From Anaeramoeba ignava BMAN (lineage: Eukaryota > Protista > Anaeramoebae): a stretch of DNA of 64,000 nucleotides. This document shows positions 25,501 through 38,600 of this stretch, piece by piece; within the stretch, counting starts at the first letter, position 1; every line of letters begins with the position of its first letter. The DNA is taken from positions 1,178,001 to 1,242,000 of the forward strand of contig JAPDFW010000059.1 in assembly GCA_028826165.1 (NCBI GenBank). Direction: 5' to 3'. The translations under genes were made by a program, and so were the position numbers. The notes below the pieces were generated by a model. The model had not been told where the DNA came from. It saw nothing but the letters and a program-made list of their open reading frames with translations, and made no database searches.

Positions 25501-27342
25501 CAAAATATATTTAAATTCACAAAATATATTTAAATTCAAAAATATATTTAAATTCACAAAATATATTTAAATTCAAAAATATATTTAAATTCACAAAATA
25601 TATTTAAATTCACAAAAATATATTTAAATTCACAAAATATATTTAAATTCAAAAATATATTTAAATTCAAAAATATATTTAAACTCAAAAATATATTTAC
25701 ATTCAAAAATATATTTAAATCCAAATATATTTAAATTCAAATATTTAAATTCAAAATATATTTAAATTCACAAAATATATTTAAATTCACAAAATATATT
25801 TAAATCATAAAAATATATTTACATTCACATATATTTAAATTCAAAAATATATTTAAATTCACAAAATATATTTAAATCATAAAAATATATTTACATTCAC
25901 ATATATTTAAATACAAAAATATATTTACATTCACAAATATATTTACATTCACAAAATATATATAAACTCAAATATATTTAAATCCACAAAATATATTTAA
26001 ATTCACAAAATATATTTAAATTCACAAAAATATATATAAATTCACAAAAATATATTTAAATTCAAAAAATATATTTAAATTCACAAAAATATATTTAAAT
26101 TCACAAAAATATATTTAAATTCAAAAAATATATTTAAATTCACAAAAATATATTTAAATTCACAAAAATATATTTAAATTCACAAAAATATATTTAAATT
26201 CACAAAAATATATTTAAATTCAAATATATTTAAATTCAAAAAATATATTTAAATTCAAATATATTTAAATCCAAATATTTAAATTCAAATATATTTAAAT
26301 CCAAATATTTAAATTCAAATATATTTAAATCCAAAAATATATAAATCATAAAAATATATTTAAATTCAAAAATATTTAAATCATAAAATTACAAAATTTA
26401 TAGCATCATTGCCGTAAATGTGGACGTGTTATTTGTGGAAATTGTTCTTCAAGAAGATTAAAATTAGCTCATATAGAAAATAAAAAATTGGTTAGAGTTT
26501 GTGATTTATGTATGTCAGAAATTGATGCAAGAATTGAGGCAGCAAATCTTGAAAAAGCTCAAAATCAAAATAGTTCACAAGAAAAAGAAAATTTATCAAA
26601 TTCAAAATCAAATTCAAAATCAAAACCAAAAGAAAAACCAAAAGAAAAACCAAAAGAAAAACCAAAAGAAAAACCAAAAAACGAAAAGAAAAACCAAAAC
26701 AAAAATCAAAACAAAAACGAAAAGAAAAATCAAAACAAAAATCAAAAGAAAAATGAAAAGAAAAACGAAAAGAAAAATCAAAAGAAAAATGAAAAGAAAA
26801 ACCAAAAGAAAAATCAAAAGAAAAACCAAAAAGAAAAACCAAAAGAAGAGAAAGATCCAAATCCAAATCCAAATCCAAATCCAAATCCAAATCCAAATCC
26901 AAATTCAAATCCAAATCCAAATCAAATTGAAAATCAAAAGAAAAATCAAATTGAAAATCAAATTGAAAATCCAAATCCAAATCAAAATCAAAATCAAAAT
27001 CAAAATCAAAATCCAAATCAAAATCCAAATCCAAATCCAAATTCAAATCAAAATCCAAATTCAAATCAAAATCCAAATCAAATTCAAAATCAAAAGAAAA
27101 ATCAAATTGAAAATCAAAATCAAATTGAAAATCAAAATCAAAATCAAAATCAAAATCAAAATCAAAATCAAAATCAAAATCAAATTGAAAATCAAATTGA
27201 AAATCAAAATCAAAATCAAAATCAAAATCAAAATCAAAATCAAGTTTTAGATGAAAAAGATCAAAAGAAAAGAAAAGAACTAAATCCAAATAAAATTAGC
27301 CATCAATTAAAATCAAAATTTAAGAAACAAATTTTAATCTAA
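22504..27342 (+). CDS. FGD-like RhoGEF: DH-PH-FYVE protein with low-complexity N- and C-termini
   Basis: DH: RDLVAQEILKTEQTYVQNL, FLIMPVQRLPRYELL, HPDYPDLQ; PH: RYFFLFNDILIYG, EEKKTWYNHL; FYVE: APVWIPD..CMICNTPFTTFKRR|HHCRKCGRVICGNCS..RVCDLC. Confidence 0.9.
24775..26400 (+). repeat. About 1.6 kb minisatellite (17-20 bp unit AAAATATATTTAAATTC(AC)) filling intron 24769-26403, which splits the FYVE RR|HHCR motif
   Basis: Direct inspection. Confidence 0.9.
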
Positions 27343-27466
27343 TTATTTTTCTTCTTCTACTTTTTTTTTTACTTACTTTCCACTTTTTTTTTTGTTTTTT
27401 TTTTTGTTTTTTTATTCAAAAAAGAATTAAAAAAAAAATTTAATTTTTCAATTTTTTTCTTTTCAA

Positions 27467-30041
27467 ATGTTAACAACAATAACTCAAAAATTTAAAACAG
27501 GAATAAAAAGGAAAATAATAGAAAAAACGATTTTAAATCAAATTAATCAAAGAATGATTTCAAAATTAATGAATGAAATAAATCTCAAAAAAGAAATAAA
27601 AGAAATAAAAGAAATTAAACAAAAAATTTTTCAAAATTCATTTTCAACAAAAAAAAAAACAGAATCAAAAATCATTTTTTCAATGCATCAAGGTTTTTAA
27701 ATTTATAATTAAATTTATAATTAAATTTTTTATTTTGATGAATTGGATTTTTTTATTTAAATTTTTTATTTATTTATTTAAAAATAGAACTTGAAGCAAA
27801 ATTAGAAGAATTTAGAAAGAAACGCAATTTCGATCCAGAAACCTTTTGTGACAAAAAAGTAATCCGCTTAAAAATATTTTTTCAATACAAAAAACAAAAA
27901 AAAGAATTCAAATACAAAAAACAATTCAAATATAAAAAACAAAAGAATTCAAATTCAAATATAAAAAAGAATTCAAATTCAAATACAAAAAAGGGGACAA
28001 TTTTTTTTTAATTATTAAACTAAATTAAATTAAATTGAATTAAATTAAATTGAATTAAATTAAATTGAATTGGAATTAAATTGAATTGAATTGGAATTAA
28101 ATTAAACCAAATTAAATTGGAATTAAATTAAGCCAAATTGGAATTGAATTAAATTTGAATTAAATTAAATCAAATTAAACTAAATTAAATTAAACTAAAT
28201 TAAATTGGAATTAAATTATATTAAATTGAAATTGAATTAAATTGGAATTAAATTAAATTAGAATTAAACCAAATTAAATTGGAATTGAATTAAATTGAAT
28301 TAAATTGAATTAAATTAAATTGGAATTGAATTAAATTGAATTAAATTGGAATTAAATTAAATTGGAATTAAATTAAATTAAATTGGAATTAAATTAAATT
28401 GGAATTGGAATTAAACTAAATTAAATTGGAATTAAATTAAATTGAATTAAATTTAAATTAAACCAAATTAAATTAAATTAAACTAAATTGGAATTAAATT
28501 AAACCAAATTAAATTGGAATTGGAATTGGAATTAAATGTAAATCAAATTGAAATGTAAATTTTTTTACCAAATAAAAAAGGGAGAAATGTTGAATGAATA
28601 CATGAAAAAGTTTGGATTGAAAGCTTGTGTGATAGCTATATCAGGAGGAATTGATTCAGCAGTTTGTTTTGCACTTTGTATGCATGCAAAAAAATTAAAG
28701 GATTCTCCCATTGAAAGAGTTTTAGGTATCACTTTACCTATTCATTCAACTCCTTCTCATATCCAAAGAGCATTTGATTTGGGTAAAGCATTTGATAATG
28801 AAGTTGTTTCTGTTGACCAAACTGAAATTCATGATAAATTATCTGAAATTGTTGAAAAGGCAATTGGTTGTGAAGTATTTTATTATTAAAATTAAAATTA
28901 AAATTAAAATTAAAATTAAAATTAAAATCAAATTCAAAATTAAAATTAAAATTAAAAATTAAAATTAAAATTAAAATCAAAATTAAAATTAAAATTAAAA
29001 TTAAAATCAAAATCAAAATCAAAATCAAAATTAAAATTAAAATCAAAATCAAAATCAAAATCAAAATCAAATTTAAAATTAAAATTAAAATTAAAATTAA
29101 AATCAAAATCAAAATTAAAATCAAAATTAAAATCAAAATCCAAATTAAAATTAAAACAAAAATCAAAATCAAAATTATAATCAAAATTAAAATTAAAATC
29201 AAAATTAAAATCAAAATCAAAAATCAAAAATTAAAAATTAAAATTAAAATGAAAGAAACCAAGTAAATTTGCAAGAGGACAATTTAGATCATATCAAAGA
29301 ACACCAATCAATTATTTTGCAACACAAATCCTTGGTTCAATGGGACTTCCAGCAATTGTAATAGGAACAGGTAATAAAGACGAAGATGGATATTTAAGAT
29401 ATTTCTGTAAAGCTGGAGATGGTGTTGTTGATGTTCAACTTATTGCTGATCTTCATAAGTAAATTTGATTTAAATATTTAATTTAATTTGATTTAATTTA
29501 AATATTTGATTTAATTTAATTTAATTTGATTTAAATATTTGATTTAAATATTTGATTTGAATTTGATTTAAATATTTAATTTAAATATTTAATTTAAATA
29601 TTTAATTTAAATATTTAATTTAAATATTTAATTTGAATATTTTATTTAATTTGATTTAAAATTAGAAATGAAGTTCGTCAAGTAGCAAAACAACTTGGAG
29701 TTATTGAATCAATTATTCTTGCACCTCCATCAGCTGATTTATGGGAAGGTCAAACAGATGAAGATGAAATTGGATTTTCTTATGATTTTGTTGAATTAAT
29801 TACAGAGTATTTTTAATTTTAATTTTTTATAAATGAATTTTGATTTTAATTTTGATTTTGATTTTATTTTTTAAAAATAAAAAGCTTTAATGATTTATCA
29901 ACAGAAGAACAAAAAGATTTTAGAAAAAGTTTAGGTTTAGAAGCTCGACAACAATTTGATAAAGTTTTTGAAAAAGCAAAAGAAATTCATCGCAAAAATG
30001 CTCATAAAGTTAATTTCCCAGTTAATTTAAATCTTCTTTAA
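27467..30041 (+). CDS. nadE: NH3-dependent (single-domain) NAD+ synthetase with an N-terminal organellar presequence-like extension
   Basis: AISGGIDSAV; IGTGNKDEDGYLRYFCKAGDGVVDVQLIADLHK; APPSADLWEGQTDEDEIGFSY; no nitrilase/glutaminase domain; about 70 aa K/R-rich N-extension. Confidence 0.9.
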
Positions 30042-30263
30042 ATTCAAATTCAAATCCAAATCCAAATTCTTTTTCAATTTTCAATTTTCAATTTTCAATT
30101 TTCAATTTTCAATTTTCAATTTTCAATTCAAAGAAAAGAAAAGAAAAGAAAAAAAAAGAAAAAAACAATTTTTTTTTGATTTGATTTTTTATTTGATTTG
30201 ATTAATTTTTTTTGAATTGATTTTTGAATTGATTTTTTTTGAATTGATTTTTGATTTGATTTT

Positions 30264-33200
30264 TTAATCCATTATCTTAACTGGAATTCCATGAACTCTG
30301 AAACGACAAATAGAAGTATAATCAGCACCATAATTAGAATCAATTTCTAATTTAACAAAAGAAATTTGAGGAGAAATTGAATCAGAATCAAGATTGACAG
30401 GAAAAGTTTGAATTGGTGAACCATTATTATCAAATTGAAAATGACCCAAAGAAACGGGATTGGTAAAAGAAGAGTCTGAACTGCCCAAGACAGTGAAACT
30501 TTTTGGAGCAGTTGAAGAAGGATGCAAAGGGGAGACACTAGAAGAAATATGCTCCAAAGTGAAGTTTTTTGGGGTGATGAGATGAGAAAGTTCGATTATG
30601 AGGAATCCTTTATAACCGGAAAAAGACCAGCAATAACGAGGATCCTTTGTTCTTTGAAGAAGAGGGATTTGCGTGAAAAACTCTCTTATTGGAACAAGTG
30701 AAATTTGCGTTAATTTTTTGAAATTGTCAACGAAGTCATTCTGAATTGGCGGGATAAAAGTAGGTGATTTAGAAATAATTGTTTGCGCAAAATCGACTGA
30801 ACAAACGAAGTTATTTTCGATATTTGTCATAAGGAAATCGACGGTTTTTTTGTCGAGATGAAGTTTATCCAGAAACTCCTTGAAAGCTGGATTGAGAATT
30901 TCTTGATTGAATGGATCTTTTTGATCGATATACTTCTCAATAAAGTGCTTAATGAGTTTCTTGTTTTGAGAGTCTAAAGAAGGAAGTGCTTGAAGGATTT
31001 GATCACGAAGATCTTGTTTGTTCTTTTTTCGTGTTTCTTCGAGTTCTTGTGTTTTCTCATTGTCGATATTAGTTATATTTGGTCTGAACTTGTCCGAATT
31101 ATCATCTGTATTAAATTCTTCGATTGACTTGTTAATTTTATTCATTAAATCCCAAACTTCACGAAAATTTCGGTTGCTTGTATTGCGTTGTTCATTTATT
31201 CCCGAAATTTGGTTCTCAAGTGAGGCTAGGGTGTCTTCCATTTCCTTAATTTTTTGCAAAACTAATTCTTTGTTTTCAGCTGTTGACAAACTATCCAAAA
31301 TGTTGTTCAATTTCTCAGCTTCCAATTTGTATTTGTCTAAATCCTCGTTTATTAATTCTTCGAGTAATTTCTTGCGGCTTAAAATCTTGTTGACTTCTTC
31401 CATAACAACATCTATTTTTTCCTTGATTTGATCGTGAATGGTGTTCAATTCGTTGATTTTTCCCTCAAGAATATCAATTTCAGAATTAAAAGAGTCGGTA
31501 ACTAAAGATTGTGCTTTGATTTTTTCTATATTTTGGCTCAATGTGTTTTTTGACTCGCCAATGAATTCTTTGTCGGGAATCTCTTTCTGTAATTGAGCCA
31601 ATTGGGTTGCTGTTTTGTTCCAGTTTTGATCATGAAAAATTGATACTTTTTGGATTTTTTGCATTTGATTTCGAGTTTTGGAAATGAATTCTTTCATTTC
31701 TTTTTCCATTTCCTTCTTTATTTTTTCAACGTCTGCTTTCATTTGCGGTAAATCTTTTTGCGATGTTATTTTGTTTTGGAGATTACTGATTTGGTTGTTA
31801 AAATCCTTTTGTTTTTCTTCAAAATTTTTGTAATCGTTTTGAATCTGATCGGAAATTTGGTTAAAGTTCTCATCGAATTGAAGAGATTTTTCATAAAATT
31901 CTTGCATGAATTCTTGTAGTTTTTTTTTCAGTAGATCCATTTCGGGACTGTCTTTTGATTTTGCTTCTAGAATCTGTTTCATTTGGGCGATAACGGATTG
32001 GATATTATCTTCAGCAATATTTTTTCTATTCTTTAAATTATCCATAAATTGGTTTGTTTCCAAAATGCCTTTTTCAGTAAAACCATGCAAACTGTCAATA
32101 TATTGATGAGTATCATTGATTCGCTTAAAAGTATCGTTTAATTGTTTGTTTTGGAAAAGATAAAAAAATTCCGATTTGGTCAAGAACACTTTTTTTTGCA
32201 GATCGGTAACTGTTTGGTTTTTATCTAGTTGTTCAATTATAGTTTCAATATTTCGCATTTGCTCTTCAAACTTTTTTTTGTCAAATTGTATTAATCCTTC
32301 GGTATTATTGAAAATATATACCAAATTAGAAACATCTTTTTTTAAACTTCCAATTTGTTTTTTAAGTGTTTGTAAATTTTTTTGAACAATTGGATCTGAA
32401 TCGAGAATTTCTGTTATTCTTTGTTTAAATAACGGTCGATATACTTCAGGATCGACTATGTTTTCTTTGTTTTCCTCTTTTTTCTTAATTAAATAGGATT
32501 GTTCAAATTTTGTAATTTCGTTCCAGATTTGTTTTTTAATAATTTCGTAAATATTTGACACTGTGTTTGATAATGTTGTTTCGTTCATAAATAGTTCTAC
32601 ATTTGAAATTGTGTATTCGTGGATGATTTCTTGTGAGAATGGGACTAAATTGGAGTTTTGAACTAAATTTTTATAATTTTATATTTAATTTTATATTTAA
32701 TTTTATATTTAATTTTATAATTTTATATATAATTTTATATTTAATTTTATATTTAATTTTATAATTTTATATTTAATTTTATAATTAATTTTATAATTAA
32801 TTTTATAAATAAATTTTATATTTAATTTAATAAATAATTTTATAATTAATTTTATATTTAATTTTATATTTAATTTTATAAATAATTTTATATTTAATTT
32901 TATAAATAATTTTATAAATAATTTTATAAATAATTTTATAAATAATTTTATAATTAATTTTATAATTAATTTTATAAATAATTTTATATATAATTTTATA
33001 AATAATTTTATATATAATTTTATAATTAATTTTATAAATAATTTAATAATTAATTTTATAAATAATTTTATAAATAATTTAATAAATAATTTTATATTTA
33101 ATTTTATATTTAATTTTATAAATAATTTTATATTTAATTTTATATTTAATTTTTATAAATAATTTAATAAATAATTTTATAAATAATTTTATATTTAATT

Positions 33201-35312
33201 TTTATATTTAATTTTATATTTAATTTTATAATTAATTTTATAAATAATTTTATAAATAATTTTATAAATAATTTTATATATAATTTTATAAATAATTTTA
33301 TATATAATTTTATAATTAATTTTATAAATAATTTAATAATTAATTTTATAAATAATTTTATAAATAATTTATTAATTAATTTTTAATTAATTTTATAAAT
33401 AATTTTATAAATAATTTTATAAATAATTTTATAAATAATTTTATATTTAATTTTATAAATAATTTTATAAATAATTTTTATATTTAATTTTATATTTAAT
33501 TTTATAAAATAATTTTATATTTAATTTTATATTTAATTTTATAAATAATTTTAATAAATAATTTTATAAATAATTTTTTTATAAATAATTTTATATTTTA
33601 ATTTTATATTTAATTTTATAAATAATTTTATATTTAATTTTATATTTAATTTTTATAAATAATTTTATAAATAATTTTATATTTAATTTTATATTTAATT
33701 TAATAATTAATTTTATAAATAATTTTATATTTAATTTTATAAATAATTTTTTATATTTAATTTTATAAATAATTTAATAAATAATTTTATAAATAATTTT
33801 ATAAATAATTTTATATTTAATTTTATATTTAATTTTATATTTAATTTTATAAATAATTTAATAAATAATTTTTTATAAATAATTTTATATTTAATTTTAT
33901 ATTTAATTTTATATTTAATTTTATATTTAATTTTATAAATAATTTTATATTTAATTTTATAAATAATTTTATATTTAATTTTATAAATAATTTTATATTT
34001 AATTTTATAAATAATTTTATATTTAATTTTATAAATAATTTTATATTTAATTTTTATAAATAATTTTATAATTAATTTTATAAATAATTTTATATTTAAT
34101 TTTATAATTTTATAAATAATTTTATAAATAATTTTTTATATTTAATTTTATAAATAATTTTATATTTAATTTTATAAATAATTTTATAAATAATTTAATA
34201 AATAATTTAATAAATAATTTTATAAATAATTTTATAAATAATTTTATATTTAATTTTATATTTAATTTTATAAATAATTTTATATTTAATTTTATAAATA
34301 ATTTTATAAATAATTTTTATATTTAATTTTATAAATAATTTTATAAATATTTTATATAAATAATTTTATAAATAATTTTATAATTAATTTTATAATTAAT
34401 TTTTATAAATTAAAAATAATTAATTTTATAATTAATTTTATAAAATAAATTTTATAAATAATTTTATAATTAATTTTTAAAGTAAATAATTTTATAAATA
34501 ATTTTATAAATAATTTTATATTTAATTTTATATTTAATTTAATAAATAATTTTATAAATAAATTTATATTTAATTTTATAAATAATTTTATATTTAATTT
34601 TATATTTAATTTTATATTTAATTTTATAAATAATTTTATATATAATTTTATAAATAATTTTATAAATAATTTTATAAAATAATTTTATAAATAATTTTAT
34701 TAATTAATTTTTATAATTTTATATTTAATTTTATAAATAATTTTATAAATAATTTTATAAATAATTTTATAAATAATTTTAATAATTAATTTTATAAATA
34801 ATTTTATTTAAAATTTATAAATAATTTTATATTTAATTTTATAAATAATTTTATATATAATTTTATAAATAATTTTATAAATAATTTTATAATTAATTTT
34901 ATAAATAATTTTATAAATAATTTTATATTTAATTTTATATTTAATTTTATATTTAATTTTATAAATAATTTTATAAATAATTTTATAAATAATTTTATAA
35001 ATAATTTTAATAATTAATTTTATAATTTTGATAGGAAATACCTTGAGGACCAATAACATCTTTATCGATAGCAAAAAAAACACCACTGAATAAGAAAAGA
35101 ACTAAAAGAACTTTCTGGACATTTCCACGAGCAAAAAAAGAAAAAAACTTTTGTAAAAAAACTGCAAACATTTCATCAATAAAACAGAAAAAGGAAAATA
35201 TCAAAAAAGTAAATGTAAGAAAAATCCTAAAAAATCCTCGAATTTCATTGATCACAATAACAAAAAATGAAAGGATTTTTGAAATTAAATCAAGAAAAAA
35301 TTGAATTGCCAT
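30264..35312 (-). CDS. SUN (Sad1/UNC-84) domain inner nuclear membrane protein; exons 35312-35042 and 32662-30264
   Basis: N-terminal transmembrane segments in exon 1, long coiled coil, C-terminal CWSFSGYKG..FTLEHI..STAPKSFTV..SNYGADYTSICRFRVHG; phase-1 GT-AG join is in frame. Confidence 0.9.
32663..35041 (-). repeat. 2.38 kb intron made almost entirely of a 12-bp A/T-only minisatellite (AATTTTATAAAT / AATTTTATATTT)
   Basis: Direct inspection; essentially no G or C over more than 2.3 kb. Confidence 0.95.
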
Positions 35313-35677
35313 TTTTTTCGTTGTTTTTTTTTTTTAAATTATTATTCTGAATTTATTTTTTTTTTCTTTTTTTTTTTTAAATTTAATAAATCAAATTAAT
35401 AAAGAAATGTTTTGTTTTCTTAAATTTCAAAAAAAAAAAAATATAATTAGGAAATTAATTAGAAAAAAAAGGAAAAATGAAAAATGAAAAATTTAATTTA
35501 ATTTTATTATTTTTATTTTTATTTTTAAAATTTAAAATAACGGTTTTTTTTTTAATTTATATTTAATTAAAAATAACGTTTTTTTTTTATTAAATTTAAT
35601 TAAAAAAAATAAAATAAAAATAATTACTAATTTTTTTATTTTTCATTTTTTTCTTTTTTCTTTTTTTAAATTTAAAA

Positions 35678-38600
35678 ATGATTCTTTTTTATCAAAAAAA
35701 TTCAACTTTTTTACCTTTTTTACAATTAAAATCAAATTTAAATTTATCTTTAAAACAAAATCAAAATAAATTTTTCAATAATCAAAAAAATTTTCAAATG
35801 GAAAAATTTTTTTTTAGTTCTGATTCAAAAAAACATCATAAAGCTTCTGTTACTACAAAAACAGGTGATAAAGGAACTTCTCAATTATTTAATGGAGAAC
35901 GTCGTAAAAAAAATGATCCTGTTTTTGAAGCTTTAGGAACAGTTGATGAATTAAATTCATTTATTGGGTAAATATTAAATATAAATATAAATATCAAATA
36001 TTAAATATCAAATATCAAATATCAAATATCAAATATCAAATATCAAATATAAATATCAAATATCGAATATCAAATATTAAATATCAAATATCAAATATCA
36101 AATATCAATATAAATATAAATATAAATATAAATATCAAATATCAAATATCAAATATAAAATATCAAATATAAAATATCAAATATCAAATATCAAATATCA
36201 AATATCAAATATTAAATATAAATATAAATATAAATATCAAATATCAAATATCAAATATCAAATATAAATATCAAATATCAAATATCAAATATCAAATATC
36301 AAATATCAAATATCAAATATCAAATATCAAATATCAAATATCAAATATCAAATATCAAATATAAAATAAATCAAAATATCAAAAAATATCAAATATAAAA
36401 TATCAAATATCATCAAATATCTAAATATCAAATATCAAATATCAAATATCGCAAATATCAAATATAAATATAAATATCAAATATCAAATATCAAATATAA
36501 AATATCAAATATCAAATATCAAATATAAAATATCAAAATTACTTAAATATCAAATATCAAATATTAAATATAAAATATAAATATCAAATATCAAATATCA
36601 ATATCAAAAATATAAAATATAAATATAAAAATATAAATATAAAATATCAAATATCAAAATCAAATATAAAATATAAAAATAAATAAATTATATAAATATC
36701 AAATATCAAATATCAAATATCAAATATCAAATATCAAAATATAAATATAAATATTAAATATCAAATATAAATTATCTATAAAATATCAAATATCAAAATG
36801 AAAAAATATCAAATATCAAATATAAAATATAAAATATAAAATATCAAATATCAAACATCAAATATCAAATATCAAATATCAAATATCAAAATAAATATCA
36901 AATATCAAATACCTAACTATATAAAATATAAATATAAATATCAAATATCAAATATCAAATATAAAATATCAAAATGCGTGCTCAAATATAAAAATACAAA
37001 TATCAAATATTAAATATAAAAATATAAATATAAATATAAATATCAAATATAAAATATCAAATATAAAATATCAAATATAAAAATAAAATATCAAATATCA
37101 AAATATAAATATCAAATATCAAATATCAAATAATAAATATCAAATATAAAATATCAAAATAAAAATATCAAATATAAATATAAAATATCAAATATCAAAT
37201 ATCAAATATCAAAATATCAAATATCAAATATCAAAATATAAATATCAAATATCAAATATCAAATATAAAATATCAAATATCAAATATTAAATATCAAATA
37301 TAAATATCAAATATAAATATCAAATATAAATATCAAATATAAAATATTAAATATCAAATATTAAATATCAAATATCAAATATCAAATATAAATATAAATA
37401 TAAATATAATTATAAAATATCAAATATCAAATATAAAATATCAAATATAAATATCAAATATCAAATATTAAATATCAAATATTAAATATAAAATATCAAA
37501 TATAAAATATCAAATATTAAATATTAAATATTAAATATCAAATATCAAATATTAAATATTAAATATCAAATATTAAATATCAAATATAAAATACTGTCTT
37601 TTTTATACATAACGACAATTCATACATTACGACAAAAATCAATAAAAAATTAATTAAAACAAACAAAAAATTTTTATAAAGATTTTTTTCTTGTTTATTT
37701 TTTTTTAATCAATCATAACGACGATCGATTTAAAAATCAAAATAAGAAAGAGATCTCTGGGCCTCGTTGTTTCATATGTAGAGGTCAAATTTTCTCACTC
37801 GTTAAGACACTTTTTTTATTAATCGTCATTTGATAAAATTATGACTCATGATTATCAAAAATGATTTGTGTTGGCCTCAATTATTTCCTCATAAATTTGA
37901 TCAATTTATATTTGAAAAATTCCATTATCCAAAACAATCTCTTCCCATTGATGTTTTTTTGGTGATTGGGAATGATAAAAGTTGTTCATAGGTCTTTTTA
38001 ATAAGAGGAAATAGTTCTTGGTTATCTTCTCCATTTGGTTCAGTATTCTCCTCATAGCCAAACTTATTCTGGGTTATTTCAATACTAGAATCTTTCTCAA
38101 ATCCAATCTTAGGAGGAATTTGTGTAAGTGTTAATTTTCTTTTTAGAATTGAACGAATAATTTTTCTCTTCAACAAAATTTTCTTGCTTCTTTGGTTTTT
38201 TGAATTGTTGGTTTTTTTGCAATCAAATGATTCCTTTATTGGGACTTCTTCAAAGTGGGTTTGTGGAATTTCATCAGAATTTACTATTTCCATTTCCAAA
38301 TTAAGTTTAGTTGGAACAGATTCATTTTTTTCTTCTATTTTTTCTTTGTTTAAATTCTCTTTTTCAGTTGCTTCTATCTTTTTCACAGAATGTGTTTCAA
38401 TAAAATCCATCACTGACTTTTCATCAAAAGAATCTAAATTATCATGAATGATTCCTGTTTTGCGAAAAGCTCTTGCAAATAAATGTGCTTCAATTTTATT
38501 CCAAGCAGAAAAACATGCTTTTGTCACTTTTAATCTTTTTATTCTTAATGAATCTTCTGATAGAATTTCTTCCTCTAATTCATCTTGATATTTGAATTTA

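Noticed and set aside
24775-26400. Regular repeat arrays (also 120-1010) superficially like CRISPR
   Set aside because: No unique spacers and no cas genes; eukaryotic intronic or intergenic minisatellites
37735-37830. CxxC-containing short frame ([10 protein letters not shown]) on the + strand inside the transposon
   Set aside because: No start codon or second Cys/His pair; too short to support a second ORF
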